DNA of 63,547 bases, the filler included, from Phoronis australis (Eukaryota > Animalia > Phoronida), in the NCBI GenBank assembly GCA_002633005.1. It is 7 parts of 7 records of this genome, joined end to end, with 100 filler letters (N's around TTAATTAATTAA, not from the genome) between each part and the next. Parts side by side here need not be neighbours in the genome. Positions count along the whole stretch, not along the records: positions 1 to 7,878 come from NMRA01001964.1; positions 7,979 to 11,484 come from NMRA01002981.1; positions 11,585 to 15,965 come from NMRA01002206.1; 4 more parts are not named here. One strand, 5' to 3'. Every line of letters begins with the position of its first letter. The first letter of the stretch is position 1. Below are positions 1 through 12,489 of this stretch, piece after piece. Position numbers and translations under genes: made by a program. The notes beneath the pieces are model-generated. The model did not search any database. It was not told the origin of the DNA and saw only the letters and a program-made list of their open reading frames with translations.

Positions 1-99
1 ATTGCGACACTTCATTTTATTTTTTAAGTATTCCTGACAGAATTTGAAATGGGACCAACTTATCCGACTATTACCCCGGAGTCTATAACAACGTGAGTG

Positions 100-220
100 A
101 CTTTAATGTTTTACTCAGTGCGAGGCATAATTCGCCGAAAAGCTTCCGGTAAATGAGGCGCCTATAGGAGCTCCATCGTCTCTGCTGACTGCACCAACAG
201 ACACGATGGTCATTGTCTAT
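100..220 (+). repeat. Dispersed repeat fragment; second copy at ~62140-62262
   Basis: Both sites share gacttt-atgtttta...aggcataattcgcc-aaaagc...cctataggagct...gtca-tgtctat. Confidence 0.6.
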
Positions 221-617
221 GAAGAGATGAGTACCTACCCTCCTAATCGGTAATCCTAGTCTACCTAGGTTTTATGACAAGCGCCTCGGGTTAGTTGTGT
301 TTTAACTGGCGAGTACTTCTAGAAGCCTAACTGGTGAACCTGTAAGAAAACAACACTATTTACTTACTTAAGTTCAGCAGTCATGTCAAAGTTTGATCTT
401 GAAAAGCAGCCTTCAGTCACACATTTTTCATGATTTCTGTAGTTCTGCAGTTCTGCAGCACAGCAAAGCGAGGAAGCGGAAGCGAATATTCGTTGACATC
501 CGGAACCATTCGTAATATCCCGGGTATTCTCGGTCAATGAGCAAAGGTCAATGCGCGGAAAACCTCGGGTGTTTTCCGGTAGCCAAGAAGCAAACGTGTA
601 TTGTGAAGGGACACATG

Positions 618-657
618 TGACGTCATCCAGGTAAAGCATCATGTCACTAGGGGCAAC
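618..657 (+). promoter_or_regulatory. Putative promoter motifs of the TEPP-like gene: CRE (TGACGTCA, 618-625) and RFX X-box-like site (GTCACTAGGGGCAAC, 643-657)
   Basis: Perfect CRE palindrome plus a GTNRCY-N3-RGYAAC match, 140-180 bp upstream of the ATG at 799. RFX and CREM are established regulators of ciliary and spermatid genes; function here is untested. Confidence 0.5.
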
Positions 658-798
658 GCCAAAGCCTCCGGTGCAGACAAGGTAACCGGATCAAGTTGTG
701 AGCGACCAGACTACGTTCAGCTTTCAATCAACCCATAACAACTATTAAACTTCAGAAGAGGAATTCCGTAAGACAATTAAGCAAGTAGGCCTACCAGA

Positions 799-1021
799 AT
801 GACAACCGTGGGGGTAGAACAGAGGCAATACGTCCGACAGCTGCCTATGCAGATTCCGCAGTATTCCTACAGCTATCCCACTCTTCGACATGTCCAGTTG
901 GCCGCGGTTAAAGAGGGAATCTTTCATCCACGTCTTCCAACTCTAAGGAGGATGGACATGGACAGCAACGGTCACAAGTTACCTGACGAGCACAGTAGGA
1001 CGACTACCACCTGTGGCCCAG
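799..1021 (+). CDS. TEPP: TEPP/SPMIP8-like (testis, prostate and placenta-expressed; sperm microtubule inner protein), exon 1 of 7
   Basis: Translation QLAAVKEGIFHPRLPTLRRMDMDSNGHKLPDEHSRTTTTC resembles human TEPP as I recall it ([40 protein letters not shown]). Donor G|gtaggt at 1021/1022. Full model: 799-1021, 1437-1498, 2165-2223, 2533-2618, 3911-3972, 4212-4276, 4643-4706; all phases compatible. Confidence 0.88.
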
Positions 1022-1436
1022 GTAGGTATCACATTTATGGTATAGATCTTTGTGTCTTCCTTAATTGTTGCAGACCGGATAAACAGCATGTAAAAAGAAA
1101 TATGACGCAGCCAAGTCAAGTTATTTTTGAAATTCATCCTGGTACGGGAATTGGGGATTTTAGGCCTATAAAAGATCTTTAACCCAGCCGCATAGCCGCG
1201 CACCGTACCGGTGACTGCTGGCAACTCATCGGAGACTCAACTTTAACATCCTTCGCCGCAGAGATAACAACTCTTGGGCTGTCTCCGGTGAGTCCATTCT
1301 CTGTTGAATGATGTTTTGGTAAATTCGGTGATATATCTGTCAAACATCACCAACAGGCAAACACAGTTGTAGAAATTACTGAATCCTTTGAATATCCGCA
1401 TGGTATTGAAAATACGTCACTCTTGCTTTGTTACAG

Positions 1437-1498
1437 AGGACTTCAAAAGAGCCACATCGACATTGTTTGCACCTCCGGCTCAACATCTCTCGTCAGCT
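1437..1498 (+). CDS. TEPP: TEPP-like exon 2 (EDFKRATSTLFAPPAQHLSSA)
   Basis: ttacag| acceptor and |gtaagt donor; phase 1 in, phase 0 out; aligns to TEPP DEFDNAHFTLL. Confidence 0.85.
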
Positions 1499-2164
1499 GT
1501 AAGTTTATCTCGTTTAATCGGAAAAATGAAGTAACTAAACGCTAATTGCCTTTTTCTGCTATAGCATTATAATTAGTCACGTTCATTTCTGACAGCATCC
1601 TTAGCGAATTGAACGAAAGGCTGCTGTGGCAATATGGCGGACAAATGCAGCTGAACTCATAAACATTTGTTTTGTATTTGTTGTTTGAATAATGAACCTG
1701 TTGTCTACTGGGAGCACTGATTAATATGTTTTATGAATCACGGAAATAAAACGATGTTTATGGCAAAAGCTTAGTAAGGTTTTATAGAACCTCAGAAAAT
1801 GTTTAAATTTGACATCTCAAAAGTGGCTGATCGGATTCGATTAATATGAAACTTCCAAATAGCATATCCTCTCTAAAATGTCGTTGGAAATTGTCTTTAA
1901 AAATTCGCGTTTGCATGTTACACTGTGCGTTCAGATTGACATTTCATCTTATACCCCTATTTCAAATGAAATTTGGTAAAGTTATTGATACCGTCAATTT
2001 GTTAAGAGTGATGTGCATTTCTTTTTTGCTAAATTCTACTAGGAAGACATGGTCACGTGACGCATGAATGATAAATTGCTGTAATTAAAAATCACATCTT
2101 AAGTAGTATAAAACCTTTACCTTATTTGCACCTATAATTTATTCGGGTAACTTTTTTATTTTAG

Positions 2165-2223
2165 CACATGACAGCGACCGGTCGCAATTTGCATCGATAT
2201 TACACAACACCGGAAGAACTCAA
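2165..2223 (+). CDS. TEPP: TEPP-like exon 3 (HMTATGRNLHRYYTTPEELK)
   Basis: ttttag| acceptor and |gtaagt donor; matches TEPP ITATGQKL. Confidence 0.85.
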
Positions 2224-2532
2224 GTAAGTAAGCTTATCGTTTATTCACAGACAAGTTTTGATTTCCATGCAATTTCGCTTATAATATCACAAATACCGTT
2301 TTGAAGTAAAGCAACACATTTTTTGCTACGAGGTTTACACTGTGGCTGTTTTCTTGTGAACTTGGTTATTAAAATTTCGATTTAAATACATTTTTCTTAC
2401 TCACAAAAATGTGATTGCAATTTATGTGAAATTCCACGTAAACAGGAGCAATCGAGTGCTATTGGTTACTTCAACTATTTTGTCACTTCTGTCCTATCGT
2501 TCATTAACTTTAATCACGTTTTCTTATCACAG

Positions 2533-2618
2533 AGACTCGAGGACAGAGTGGGCCAAGTTTTTAGACAGAGCGCCTGAAAGATATACTATCAAACTACCCG
2601 ATCTTCCAAACGACAGAA
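2533..2618 (+). CDS. TEPP: TEPP-like exon 4 (DSRTEWAKFLDRAPERYTIKLPDLPNDR)
   Basis: tcacag| acceptor and |gtaagt donor; phase 2 in, phase 1 out; resembles TEPP EDWSHFV..EFKLP. Confidence 0.83.
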
Positions 2619-3910
2619 GTAAGTGCTAAAATTGCTGGACCAGATTTGGGGGAATAACACTGTGACACTTAATATGTCACACTTCGAAACAAATCGTGAT
2701 CTTTTAGTTGATCTGGCTTAGTTGACAACGATTGCGGAATGAATGATTGTGGAACGCACGCAGTTCTTAAACCCCAAAGCATTTCGGATAAGAATTCAAC
2801 ATTGACCGTTAAAAAGGTATGAAATATCCTTAAACTGTTGCGGTGGCGCACGTGCATCGTCTTCTGTGATTATCTCAACATTCACTGAAGCTACTTGAGC
2901 CTTATAGTGATTTCTTTTATACACAAAAAGTCAGAAGAACCTTTAAGTGGAACTTGCATGCAAATTCCCAATCTATGTGATTGCTTGGTCAAATTAGTTT
3001 GAAACGCAACATATAGCGAGGATGTGAATATGGCTGTAGGTTCAAAATTGTCAAACGTTTTTATGAACGAGTTATGTGTTGAAAATGATCAGCCGTAAAT
3101 AGCTGAACCGTGTCCGGTAAGTATCGTGATTGGTATCGTGACGTGATGTTGAGGAATATCACTGCATGATGCGGGCTATGTGAGCCCCCAAGGTACGTCA
3201 TTAGTACAAATGTCAGCTCTTTGCAGATTTTTTTTCACATTTTCAAGTTGTCAGTGATTACACCTGCACTAATGTTTAGCGTAGATGATATTCAAATAGC
3301 ATTGTCGTTTAGTTTCTGCAATACATTAACGTAGGTAGAAGCATGCAAATTCATTTTAAGAAGAATAAATCTTTTGGGAAAATAATATTTCTATTACCTT
3401 TATCGTTTACAGTAAAAGTGGTTAAAATGGCGTTTGTTTCCTGAATCACCAAAACTCGGCCAAAGGGGCCTTTAAAGATGTATTCGCATGCCCTTAACTA
3501 TGCTGATGCGCAGCGGGGACTAAACGGCATTGCTTCTTTAACATAATATACGCTAAAATGTACAATTTCATTCAACGGATAACTTGTAAATGTGGAAACA
3601 AAAAATGCTGCAAATAGTTGACCTTTGCACTAATAACACACCTGGCGGGCTCTCTCAGCCCGTATCATGCAGTGTTATTCCCCTGCACCACTTCACGATA
3701 CTTACAGGACACGGTTTAGTAATCTGCGGCGGATCATTTTCGCCAGAAAATTCGTTCTTTGAAACATTTGACAATTGTCAACCTACTTCATGTTTACATC
3801 GTCGCTATATGGCCAAGCAACCACAGAGACAAGGAATTATAGCCTGCAAGTTCCACCTTAAGGTAGGCTATGATGCTTAGTAACAATATGCACGTGTTTT
3901 CTGTTTTCAG

Positions 3911-3972
3911 ACATAAGCTTTTCGGGTTACGCTGTCCGTTATCTGAAGCCTGAAGTAACCGGATCATGGAAG
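3911..3972 (+). CDS. TEPP: TEPP-like exon 5 (NISFSGYAVRYLKPEVTGSWK)
   Basis: tttcag| acceptor and AAG|gtaaaa donor; near-identical to TEPP SGYAVRYLKPDVTQTW. Confidence 0.9.
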
Positions 3973-4211
3973 GTAAAAGGACAATTTTAATGTGTTGATT
4001 CGGAAATCTCGGAAAATTCAACCGCCTATTGACGGTTCCCTCAAACGCTCTTCATGAAAAACAAGCACTGACACAGAGTTCTCGTGGTTATTATAAAGAT
4101 GGCTTATACCTACTTTTATGCCGAACAAATCGTTAGTGTTATTCTAGCGCAACATATTCTAAAATCTCTAACATTTTGTACCAGTAGCAATTTTGTTTAT
4201 TATTTTTGTAG

Positions 4212-4276
4212 TATTCACTACGCCAAGAACCTCAGATCGATCAATTCGGACAGAGACCCTTGCCAGCCAATATTTT
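4212..4276 (+). CDS. TEPP: TEPP-like exon 6 (YSLRQEPQIDQFGQRPLPANIF)
   Basis: ttgtag| acceptor and |gtaagt donor; matches TEPP YCLSQNPSLDRYGQKPLP. Confidence 0.88.
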
Positions 4277-4642
4277 GTAAGTATCAGGGATATCATTCAC
4301 CTGTTCAACCAGAAAGTACAAACAATTTGGCGCATAAAATAGCCAACAAAGGCTTTAGTGATAATTGATGTCATGTTTACAATCAACTCCAAACGTTTCG
4401 TTTTCTAAAGGTCTGGAACTTACCTAGTGTAGACAACGAAGAAACATGTAAAGCATTCTGAAAGGCTTCAGCACAGTTTGTCTTCGTAGGCCTACCTGAT
4501 GAAGCGCGCACCTATTAGGCTCGAAAGCTAGTCAGTGTTTTAATGAACATTTTTACTGGACTTAAACATTTTTTACCAGTTTCGACACGTGATTTTAACT
4601 TACCTAAAGTATTTATGTATTTGTATGTCATTTTAATTTCAG

Positions 4643-4706
4643 TGCACGATACAGAGATACCGTTCCTCAGTATAGTAGAAATATTACAACAGAAGCTTGG
4701 CGATAA
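4643..4706 (+). CDS. TEPP: TEPP-like exon 7, terminal (ARYRDTVPQYSRNITTEAWR*)
   Basis: tttcag| acceptor, phase 2 in, TAA at 4704-4706; ends in a W-x-stop like TEPP (PWH*). Candidate polyA signal AATAAA at 5719-5724. Confidence 0.83.
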
Positions 4707-6061
4707 ACTAGTATCAATTGAGTATCGACATGATCCATGACGTTGTTCAAAACATCATTGTATTTTCGAGCTAATTTTCCTATTGTACAAGTACTCTTAT
4801 TCACCAACCGTTGTTATTCCAGTGATTAGTATCATTGGGTATCCCACCCTGTTTTCGATAAAAAGGTGTTTCGTTGACGATTTTGTACTACCAAAATACA
4901 CGCGCATACGTGGGCACTGAAATAAGTTAGGGGCTATAGCCCCTTAACCCCCAATGGTGCGCGCCGCCCATGCTCATGGGTGGTACATCATTGAAATAAC
5001 AGGGGGACTATAGCCCCCGATCCCCCGATGGTTCGCCACTCATGGCATGTACACAGAGTCGTCCGGTGGCAACGTGTCCGGCCCCGCCGTTTGGGCGTAA
5101 GTACTAGAGTTTGACCTCAGCGTAGTTTTGAAGAATATTGACATCACTGCAGGGTTTCCTTGCCAAGAAAGTAATTTGACGTTATTAAATTATTGTACAA
5201 CTTGCACACATGCAAGTATGAATCCAATGCCATGGCAAAACTTTGTTTTATGGTCTTGAGTCCAATGCGATTAGTAATATCTTGTCGGATACCTACAATA
5301 ATCATTGGCGACTTCGTCTACTTGACCCTGAAACATAACTGCCTCTACCCAAGATATCTTACACGCTCGCAGCTTGTTTTCTAAGTCTGTACATACTGGA
5401 TGCAGTTCTTTTGAAATGCTACCAACGCAAGACCGTTCATAATACTCTGTGTTAGCTCGATGGATACGTTCCATTTCTTGTTGCTCAAGTGCTTTATTAA
5501 TTCAAGCTTTAAGAATGTTTTATACTTTTCATTTAATGTTACATTATCTTTACTTTACTTTGTGATATGGTCCTGATCTTAGAATTATTATGTGAATAAG
5601 AGTGTTAAGCGTGGTTAAATTATAAAATGTTTTATAAAGTTAACTTAATATGAAATTGCGAGACTTCCCATTTTCGTTCAATGTATCTAATGTCTGTATG
5701 TTAAATGTTGTACAAAGAAATAAAACTTGAAGAAGCAATCTATTTGTACATATCTTACATAAAACAAATTCTTCATCTCTTGGTATAACTGGTCTGTCAG
5801 TCGACACACACAAACGCACGCGTAATGGACTCGAGCAAGTGTCCTAAATTGAAGAAGGCTTGTTGATAGCTAGGTAGACAGTGCGGTACATGCGCAATAA
5901 CTACACATAAGCCGCTCACATTGTATCATTGGCAAAAAGTTAACGACTGAAGTAGTCCATCTGCTAAGATTGTGGGTAATTTTTTTTTAAAAGTTAGTTT
6001 AAAATCCCTTTAAAAATCACGAACTTGAGTTAAAAAATGAACATTTTCTAAATACACGAAG

Positions 6062-6278
6062 CTTTCCTTACCAGACACACATTTAGGCTTCCTTACCAGG
6101 CAACCGTGTAACCTTCTTTACCAGACACCCATGAAGCTAAATTACCAGACACCCATGTACCCTTCCTTCCCAGACACCCGTGTACCCTTCCTTCCCAGAC
6201 ACCCGTGTACCCTTCCTTCCTAGACACCCGTGTACCCTTCCTTCCCAGACACCCATGTAGCCTTCCTTACTAGATACC
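6062..6278. repeat. ~25-bp minisatellite (ccagacacccgtgtacccttccttc)
   Basis: About 7-8 degenerate tandem units are visible. Confidence 0.85.
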
Positions 6279-6894
6279 AAGTCAAAAGAATATTGAAACA
6301 TTGAACTCTTTCGCATTCTGACCAAAGAGAAAACTATTAATTTCAGCTATTCAGTGCAATAAAATTAATTTCTACTTGTTCTTTGTTCAGATGAGATGCG
6401 AATTCTGTCTTTACAACAATCTGACACTTCTTTCAATTCATTTTGCGCCTAAAATGATACGACAGGAAAATATGTAGAGACCCATCATAAGCAATAAACA
6501 ATCGTTATTTTTTGAAGCTCTGAAATCATTTCCGATTCGACTGAGACCAGTTTCATTACGTTGAGCGGTCTAACTAAAATTGCTTTTGTCAGGCGAGTGC
6601 GGGTTTAGATTAAGCAATGCAATCAAAGTACATATAGCTTATTCTGGGTCCTTAGCGTTTTACGAAAGACAAACTTACATCTGAGCTAAGCAGAAAATTT
6701 AATTATTGTGTTGAATCAAATTTGATTCAATAAACAAAACAAAGACTTATTTCCTCATTGAAGTTTGTTGTAAAGTAAATGCTAAATCGCTATTTAGTGG
6801 ATCTTATTACATACATTCTCATCCAACCCAAAGTTGATTTGCGTGATTAAAGGTGCGCTTAATAGTCGTTGCAACTTCAGAAAGGTTTCGCGAA

Positions 6895-7112
6895 TTAGGG
6901 TCAGGGTTATGGTTATGGTTTGGTTTAGGGCTAGGGTCATGGTTATGGTTTGGTTTAGGGTTAGGGTCATGGTTAATGTTGTGTTAGAGTCAGGGTCGGG
7001 GTAAGGGTCAGGGTCAGTTAGGGTCAGGGTCAGGGTCAGAGTTAGCACTAGGGTTAGTCTTTCATTAGAGCTAGGTTTTTTGTTAGGGTTAGGGTTGGTT
7101 TATGGTTGGGGT
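6895..7112. repeat. Degenerate telomere-like hexamer array (TTAGGG/TCAGGG/TTATGG)
   Basis: Mixed ttaggg, tcaggg and ttatgg hexamers; a second patch lies at ~7833-7878, next to a gap. Confidence 0.8.
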
Positions 7113-7878
7113 TATAGTCTAGTCATTGTAGGGCTCCAGAGAACCCAACTTAGAAAAAATTGCATCAGAAGTTTTTTTTGCATCAATGGCTTCTTCAAAC
7201 ATCCCTTGGTGACAGACAAAAGTCTACCGAAATCGAAGTGGCGGAAGTCGGTTTTTCAAAGAAATGGCCGCCGAAACCGGTGTTTACTGCTTTTTGACAT
7301 TTTACTCTTATGCAGCTGGAAATAACACAGTAAAGCGTGTCATTGGCTATATACTTTTATAACAGGCATACCAATCAAATGACGGCAATTTTCTATCAAA
7401 TAAAACCAATATGGCCAACAAAATAGCGGCCGAAACAGCAATTTGGTACATGTTGCAAAGTTTCTTTCCATATTTTGCCCTATAAATGGCAAAATTTCTA
7501 TGCATTTGTAAGTTAAAAAATATCTTTACCTTACAAATAGTCACAGGCTGACAAAATGTCCGCCAACTCACAAATAACAAATTTACTGCAGGTGCATTCT
7601 GCAAACTTTGTAACCTGAGAAGCATTTAAACAAAAACAATTTACAATCTACAGTTAGGCTTAATGAGTTGATTCTTTATCAAGTTTGTCTTTAAGAGTTA
7701 GGTACTAAATTTGAAATTTCAATCACATTTTAGATTATTTAACGTAAAATTTGGTGTTTCCCAGTAAAGGCTTTAGTTAAATTTTGATAAGGAATTTCAC
7801 ACTCAACTATTTTTCCGTCAAATATATTTAATGGGTTAGTGTTTGCGTTAGGGTTGGGGTTGGGGTTGGGGTCGGGGT

Positions 7879-7978
7879 NNNNNNNNNNNNNNNNNNNNNN
7901 NNNNNNNNNNNNNNNNNNNNNNTTAATTAATTAANNNNNNNNNNNNNNNNNNNNNNNNNNNNNNNNNNNNNNNNNNNN
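7879..7978. other. Artificial scaffold spacer N44-TTAATTAATTAA-N44 (also 11485-11584, 15966-16065, 37342-37441, 48761-48860, 60337-60436)
   Basis: Six identical 100-bp blocks with a six-frame stop linker in the centre. Confidence 0.97.
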
Positions 7979-8051
7979 CGGCACAAGATTAATGATTACC
8001 TTAAGCCACGGCACAAGATTAATGATTACCTTAAGCCACGGCACAAGATTA

Positions 8052-8240
<189 letters not shown>

Positions 8241-8925
8241 TTAGAAATAATGACAGCACTAAATCAAACTTTAAGCCTAAAACAAATTCAACTTGAATAA
8301 CTTCAACTTTGCACTTGATGCTTAGGAAGACAAAACAAATCATTATTGCTGCAGACAGAATTATAAAAGTGAGAATTTGTTGATTTGTCTTTTTGAGCTA
8401 TGAAAGTAGTACGGTCGTCATTTGAATGAGACAACGACTGGTAAATTTTTGCACACAAGACGAAGTTACTACTGGCTCATTATTCATGTAACTGGGCACA
8501 GACATGTTTAGGAAGACCCTATGAGACACAATACCTAAGACGTCAAGAAGAACACGCTGTCACAAGAGCCGAATCAACAATCATTTCATTGCTAAATGGT
8601 TAAAACAAAGATATCATCTAAATTTTGATCTGGACAAAATAATAAATTTTTGGTCTTTTGAGACACACAGTCGGAAAACTGTCGAATATATTAGCAAAAA
8701 AAATCCATATTTACGCAAAAGTTTGATCAAACACATCCAACTGTCCATACTTTAATCAGTTACATCATGAAGAACATGTCGCTCTCGTCGATTATCGGTA
8801 AATACTGCACATGTCAACCATGATCATATTGCATCGTTATCTTGTAGGACTTGTAAAGATTCGTGACAGACTGAAATGAAAAACTGAATCCGAAAAAGAA
8901 AAGCAATTCAATAAGCCCAACTCAC

Positions 8926-9007
8926 AGGCTCCATGGTGAAGCATGCCCTGTCCCAGTCATAAGAACCACCTAGCTTCCTTAACTGGTGGTATATTCTGTC
9001 ACCCTTC
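8926..9007 (-). CDS. VARS1: Valyl-tRNA synthetase internal exon (E)[27 protein letters not shown]
   Basis: Conserved ValRS segment; ttgcag| acceptor and |gtgagt donor; phases fit both neighbours. Confidence 0.95.
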
Positions 9008-9392
9008 CTGCAAATAACATTATAACATTATTAAGCTTACAACTAACACTCAATGTACTGTTGTTACTGTGCACATTTAGGAACTTTAAAAAGTATGCTG
9101 AATATCAGGCGATAACTTTCAGAAGAACTGCCTCCAGCTGACCAAGAATTTCGACAATGAAGCCTCTATGTTAACAAGATGTCCAACCAATGAAATTTAA
9201 GAAAAACCTTGATGAATTCCGTCGAATCCTATCAAGCTTAGTCGAGGTTATGACATAAAGAAGCACACTAGGGGTAAAGTAGCAACAAATTTTCTGAAAT
9301 GAAACGAATATCTTTCTCTGAAATATTTGATTATTTTGTCACAACTACTCAACATCTCCATGGAAACCAAAACAAAGAGAAGACACACTCAC

Positions 9393-9557
9393 TCATTCTT
9401 CCATCTCCAGACTTCCTCCACAAACTTGTCACGTCCCAAGTCATGCCGAGACAGTTTCTTCTCCCTCCACAATTTCTTTTCCACGACGACCTGTGTGGCA
9501 ATACCAGCGTGATCACAGCCAGGGTTCCATAGCGCCGTCCGGCCATTCATACGATGC
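9393..9557 (-). CDS. VARS1: Valyl-tRNA synthetase internal exon (W)[55 protein letters not shown]
   Basis: [11 protein letters not shown] ValRS signature; canonical splice sites. Confidence 0.96.
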
Positions 9558-10562
9558 CTGTCAGAAAACAAGGATGAGAGATAAAATTTGAAAGATGTGA
9601 CATTAATATTAGCAACTACAATTCATTCACTTTACCAGTTTGGCTGGCTCATCTGGCTAAGAGCTCTGATTGGTCTGTAAGCCAAAAGTCATCACTTGAA
9701 AACAATCAGATAGATGCCTTAGTTAGTTGACCAAGCTGAGCTGGCAGAGAGAATCATGTGCAAAGCAATTGTGACAGCTGCCAGTTTCACAGCATGTGTA
9801 CACGTCTCCAAATGATTTGTCCTTGTTACGAGCAAGAGCAAGCTGGCACACCAGGTTTGTGCTCCCACACAAATTGGCCTTTAGGTGGGACTGCTGGAGT
9901 CGAATCCAGACCAAAAGGTGCGGCCGCAATCTCAAAATATACCTTTGTGTCAAGTTTCAATGTAATCCACCTACTGGTTCTCTAGTTGATATACAGACAC
10001 GCTCTTCTCTCCAAATACAACACTTGAAAAGCCCTTTGTCAAGAACAAAATCGCCACTAGGAGGTGCTAAAGTGGTAGAATCCACCCCAAAATTTAATTG
10101 TGCCAGCGTACCTTTGTGTAAAGTTTCATTAAAATCCATCAATCTGTTCTCTCTAAATTTCATCCAGAAACGAACTTCCCTTAAAAATACAGAAAAAGCC
10201 ATGCACCTATGAACCCAAGGGCTAGCCAGATTGAAAGGTGACATGAATGGTTCTAGTCAAGCCCCACACCCTTGTGACAAATTCCGTCAAAATCTAACCA
10301 GGGTTTCTGAGCTTTCTAGCTTACACCAGTATGACCAAACAAAGTGACGACAATAGGCAACCACGTATGTAATTATGTGGATGTATACATGCGTAGATGG
10401 GCAAAAAATAACAAAATGGAAAACCTGCTAATTTCACCGGGTTGTTTATCATTGCAAAACCAGACCCATATTTAAAGTCTCGGTACAATCGCAAGATCAC
10501 CAGACCCATATTTAAAGTCTCGGTACAATCGCATGATCACCAGACCCTCACAAAGCCCTTAC

Positions 10563-10690
10563 CATCTAGTAATGGCATCCTCCACAGCACTAGTTAAGGC
10601 ATGACCCAGGTGGAGAGACCCAGTCACATTGGGAGGTGGGATAACCATCATAAACTTGCCGGCTGGATTCTCTTCATACGGATTGGTCCT
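10563..10690 (-). CDS. VARS1: Valyl-tRNA synthetase internal exon containing the HIGH motif ([31 protein letters not shown])
   Basis: Class Ia [15 protein letters not shown] motif; ttccag| acceptor and |gtaagg donor. Confidence 0.96.
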
Positions 10691-12489
10691 CTGGAATGAC
10701 ATGCAACATAACTCAATGTGACTGCATTACAGGACTACTGAGGGGTATAATGTGACACGTATTAAAATTAAGTACTAGAAATGGGCGCACAGGGCTGCTG
10801 ACAAACAGAACTTTTTTCTTTTCACTTGCATTTCCCTTTTCACGGCTTACAAGTTGGAAATAGAATGAGGTTGGAAATTAACTAAAAGTGTTTTCACCTG
10901 GACATCAGTCACCAGTTGCTGTTCACTCAACATAAGTTCAGCATTGTGACAAAAGAACAGGAGATGGCGCCGCCGTTACTTGCATCACTCTATACAACAT
11001 CAGCACTGTGTGCCTAGCAAACCCTAACATACAGTGGTTTTAAATGATGACAACTTTCATCAAATTTCATCCGGTTTCGTCCAAATTATGGCAAAAACCC
11101 AAAGGAAAATCGTACGAAAAATTACATATTATTGAAAATTAGTAGACAATCTCCACCTTGAAATTTCCTAGAATTCTAATTGCAGTAATACTGTCAATGT
11201 TTTTGAAAACTATAGAAATTCTTTTAATATTTATTTTGCATGAAAATCACGACCAAAATTGTCACCTTTACTTAACTCAAAGACTATGCTGTTGGAAATT
11301 ATGGAAATGTTATCAAAAGTTTTCTGAAAACATCTTTACAGAACACTCCGTGGTTAGCAATAGGCTAACATTTTCTTAATCTTTATTTTTATAGAGAAGT
11401 TTGACAAAACAGAATTTCACCTATTGGTCGTTCTGTGTGCTAAATATGTGAAAAATTACTGCACTGTAATTGTGAAGAGCACATNNNNNNNNNNNNNNNN
11501 NNNNNNNNNNNNNNNNNNNNNNNNNNNNTTAATTAATTAANNNNNNNNNNNNNNNNNNNNNNNNNNNNNNNNNNNNNNNNNNNNGTTGTAAAGCAGCTTG
11601 CTGATAAAGTATAATGTAGAATTGTTAGTCTTTCATACCCGCCACATGTCAGATGATAAAATTGAATTATTCTCTATTCCAATTCTTCTGATTTTTTTAT
11701 CGTATATGCAGCGCAGTTATTGTTTAATTTTCAACCCAATTTCGACTTGTGCTTCAGTGTGACAAAAGCCAGGCGACTAAAGGAAGACTTGGGTTTGTGT
11801 TGGGGATATATCATTGGACAAGTGAATATCTTAATTAGACTTTTTGTTTAAAAAGGGTTCTGCACAGTCCAACCAACTACATAACTTCAGTAAATGAGTA
11901 TCAGGCTCAGATGTTTTTGACGTTTCTATTTCGTTCAGTGTCCAGTGGAATTTGTAAGAAATAGTCGTTTTAATGAAATCCGGTTTTGTGAGTGCTGATA
12001 TTAATAGAACCTAAAGTTGGTAGCATTATAGCCGAAGAGTTCAAGCATGAGTGCATTCGTTAAACAGTGTTCAACTGTGACGCCTGTGTACAAGTGGAGC
12101 ACGTCGCTACTTTAAATATAGTGTATGAAACGACAAAGTACGTGGTGTTATGATTGTTCGTGACATGTTGCAAAATTTACAGCAACGAGATTCTAAAATC
12201 TGAAGAGTACAGTGTAGTTAATTCTCGTTCAGGAGCGCAAACCAATCATGACATCACAAACCTTTTGATTCATAATTAAACAAACTGCAAAACAACGTTT
12301 TATATTAATTTATTACTTACACTTGAACAGTTTTCATAGGATACAAAAGTAAATAAACAGCTAAAGTATTCGGCCATGTCTGAAAGAATAGACTAGTAAC
12401 ACTCTGTCCTACTCACAGATTAAGTGTCTTTGTCACTTGTAAGTCAATCACGTGCATTTTTACTGTTACCTGGAAGTAATGTTACAGTC

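Noticed and set aside
1022-1182. C-terminal part of the 127-aa ORF at 799
   Set aside because: It is intron read-through after the donor at 1021; homology continues in the exon at 1437.
6895-7112. Possible telomere or chromosome-fusion site
   Set aside because: Short, very degenerate and in a single orientation; such tracts are common inside invertebrate repeats.
7923-7934. TTAATTAATTAA motif recurring six times
   Set aside because: It is always centred in 44+44 Ns: an artificial six-frame stop linker, not biology.
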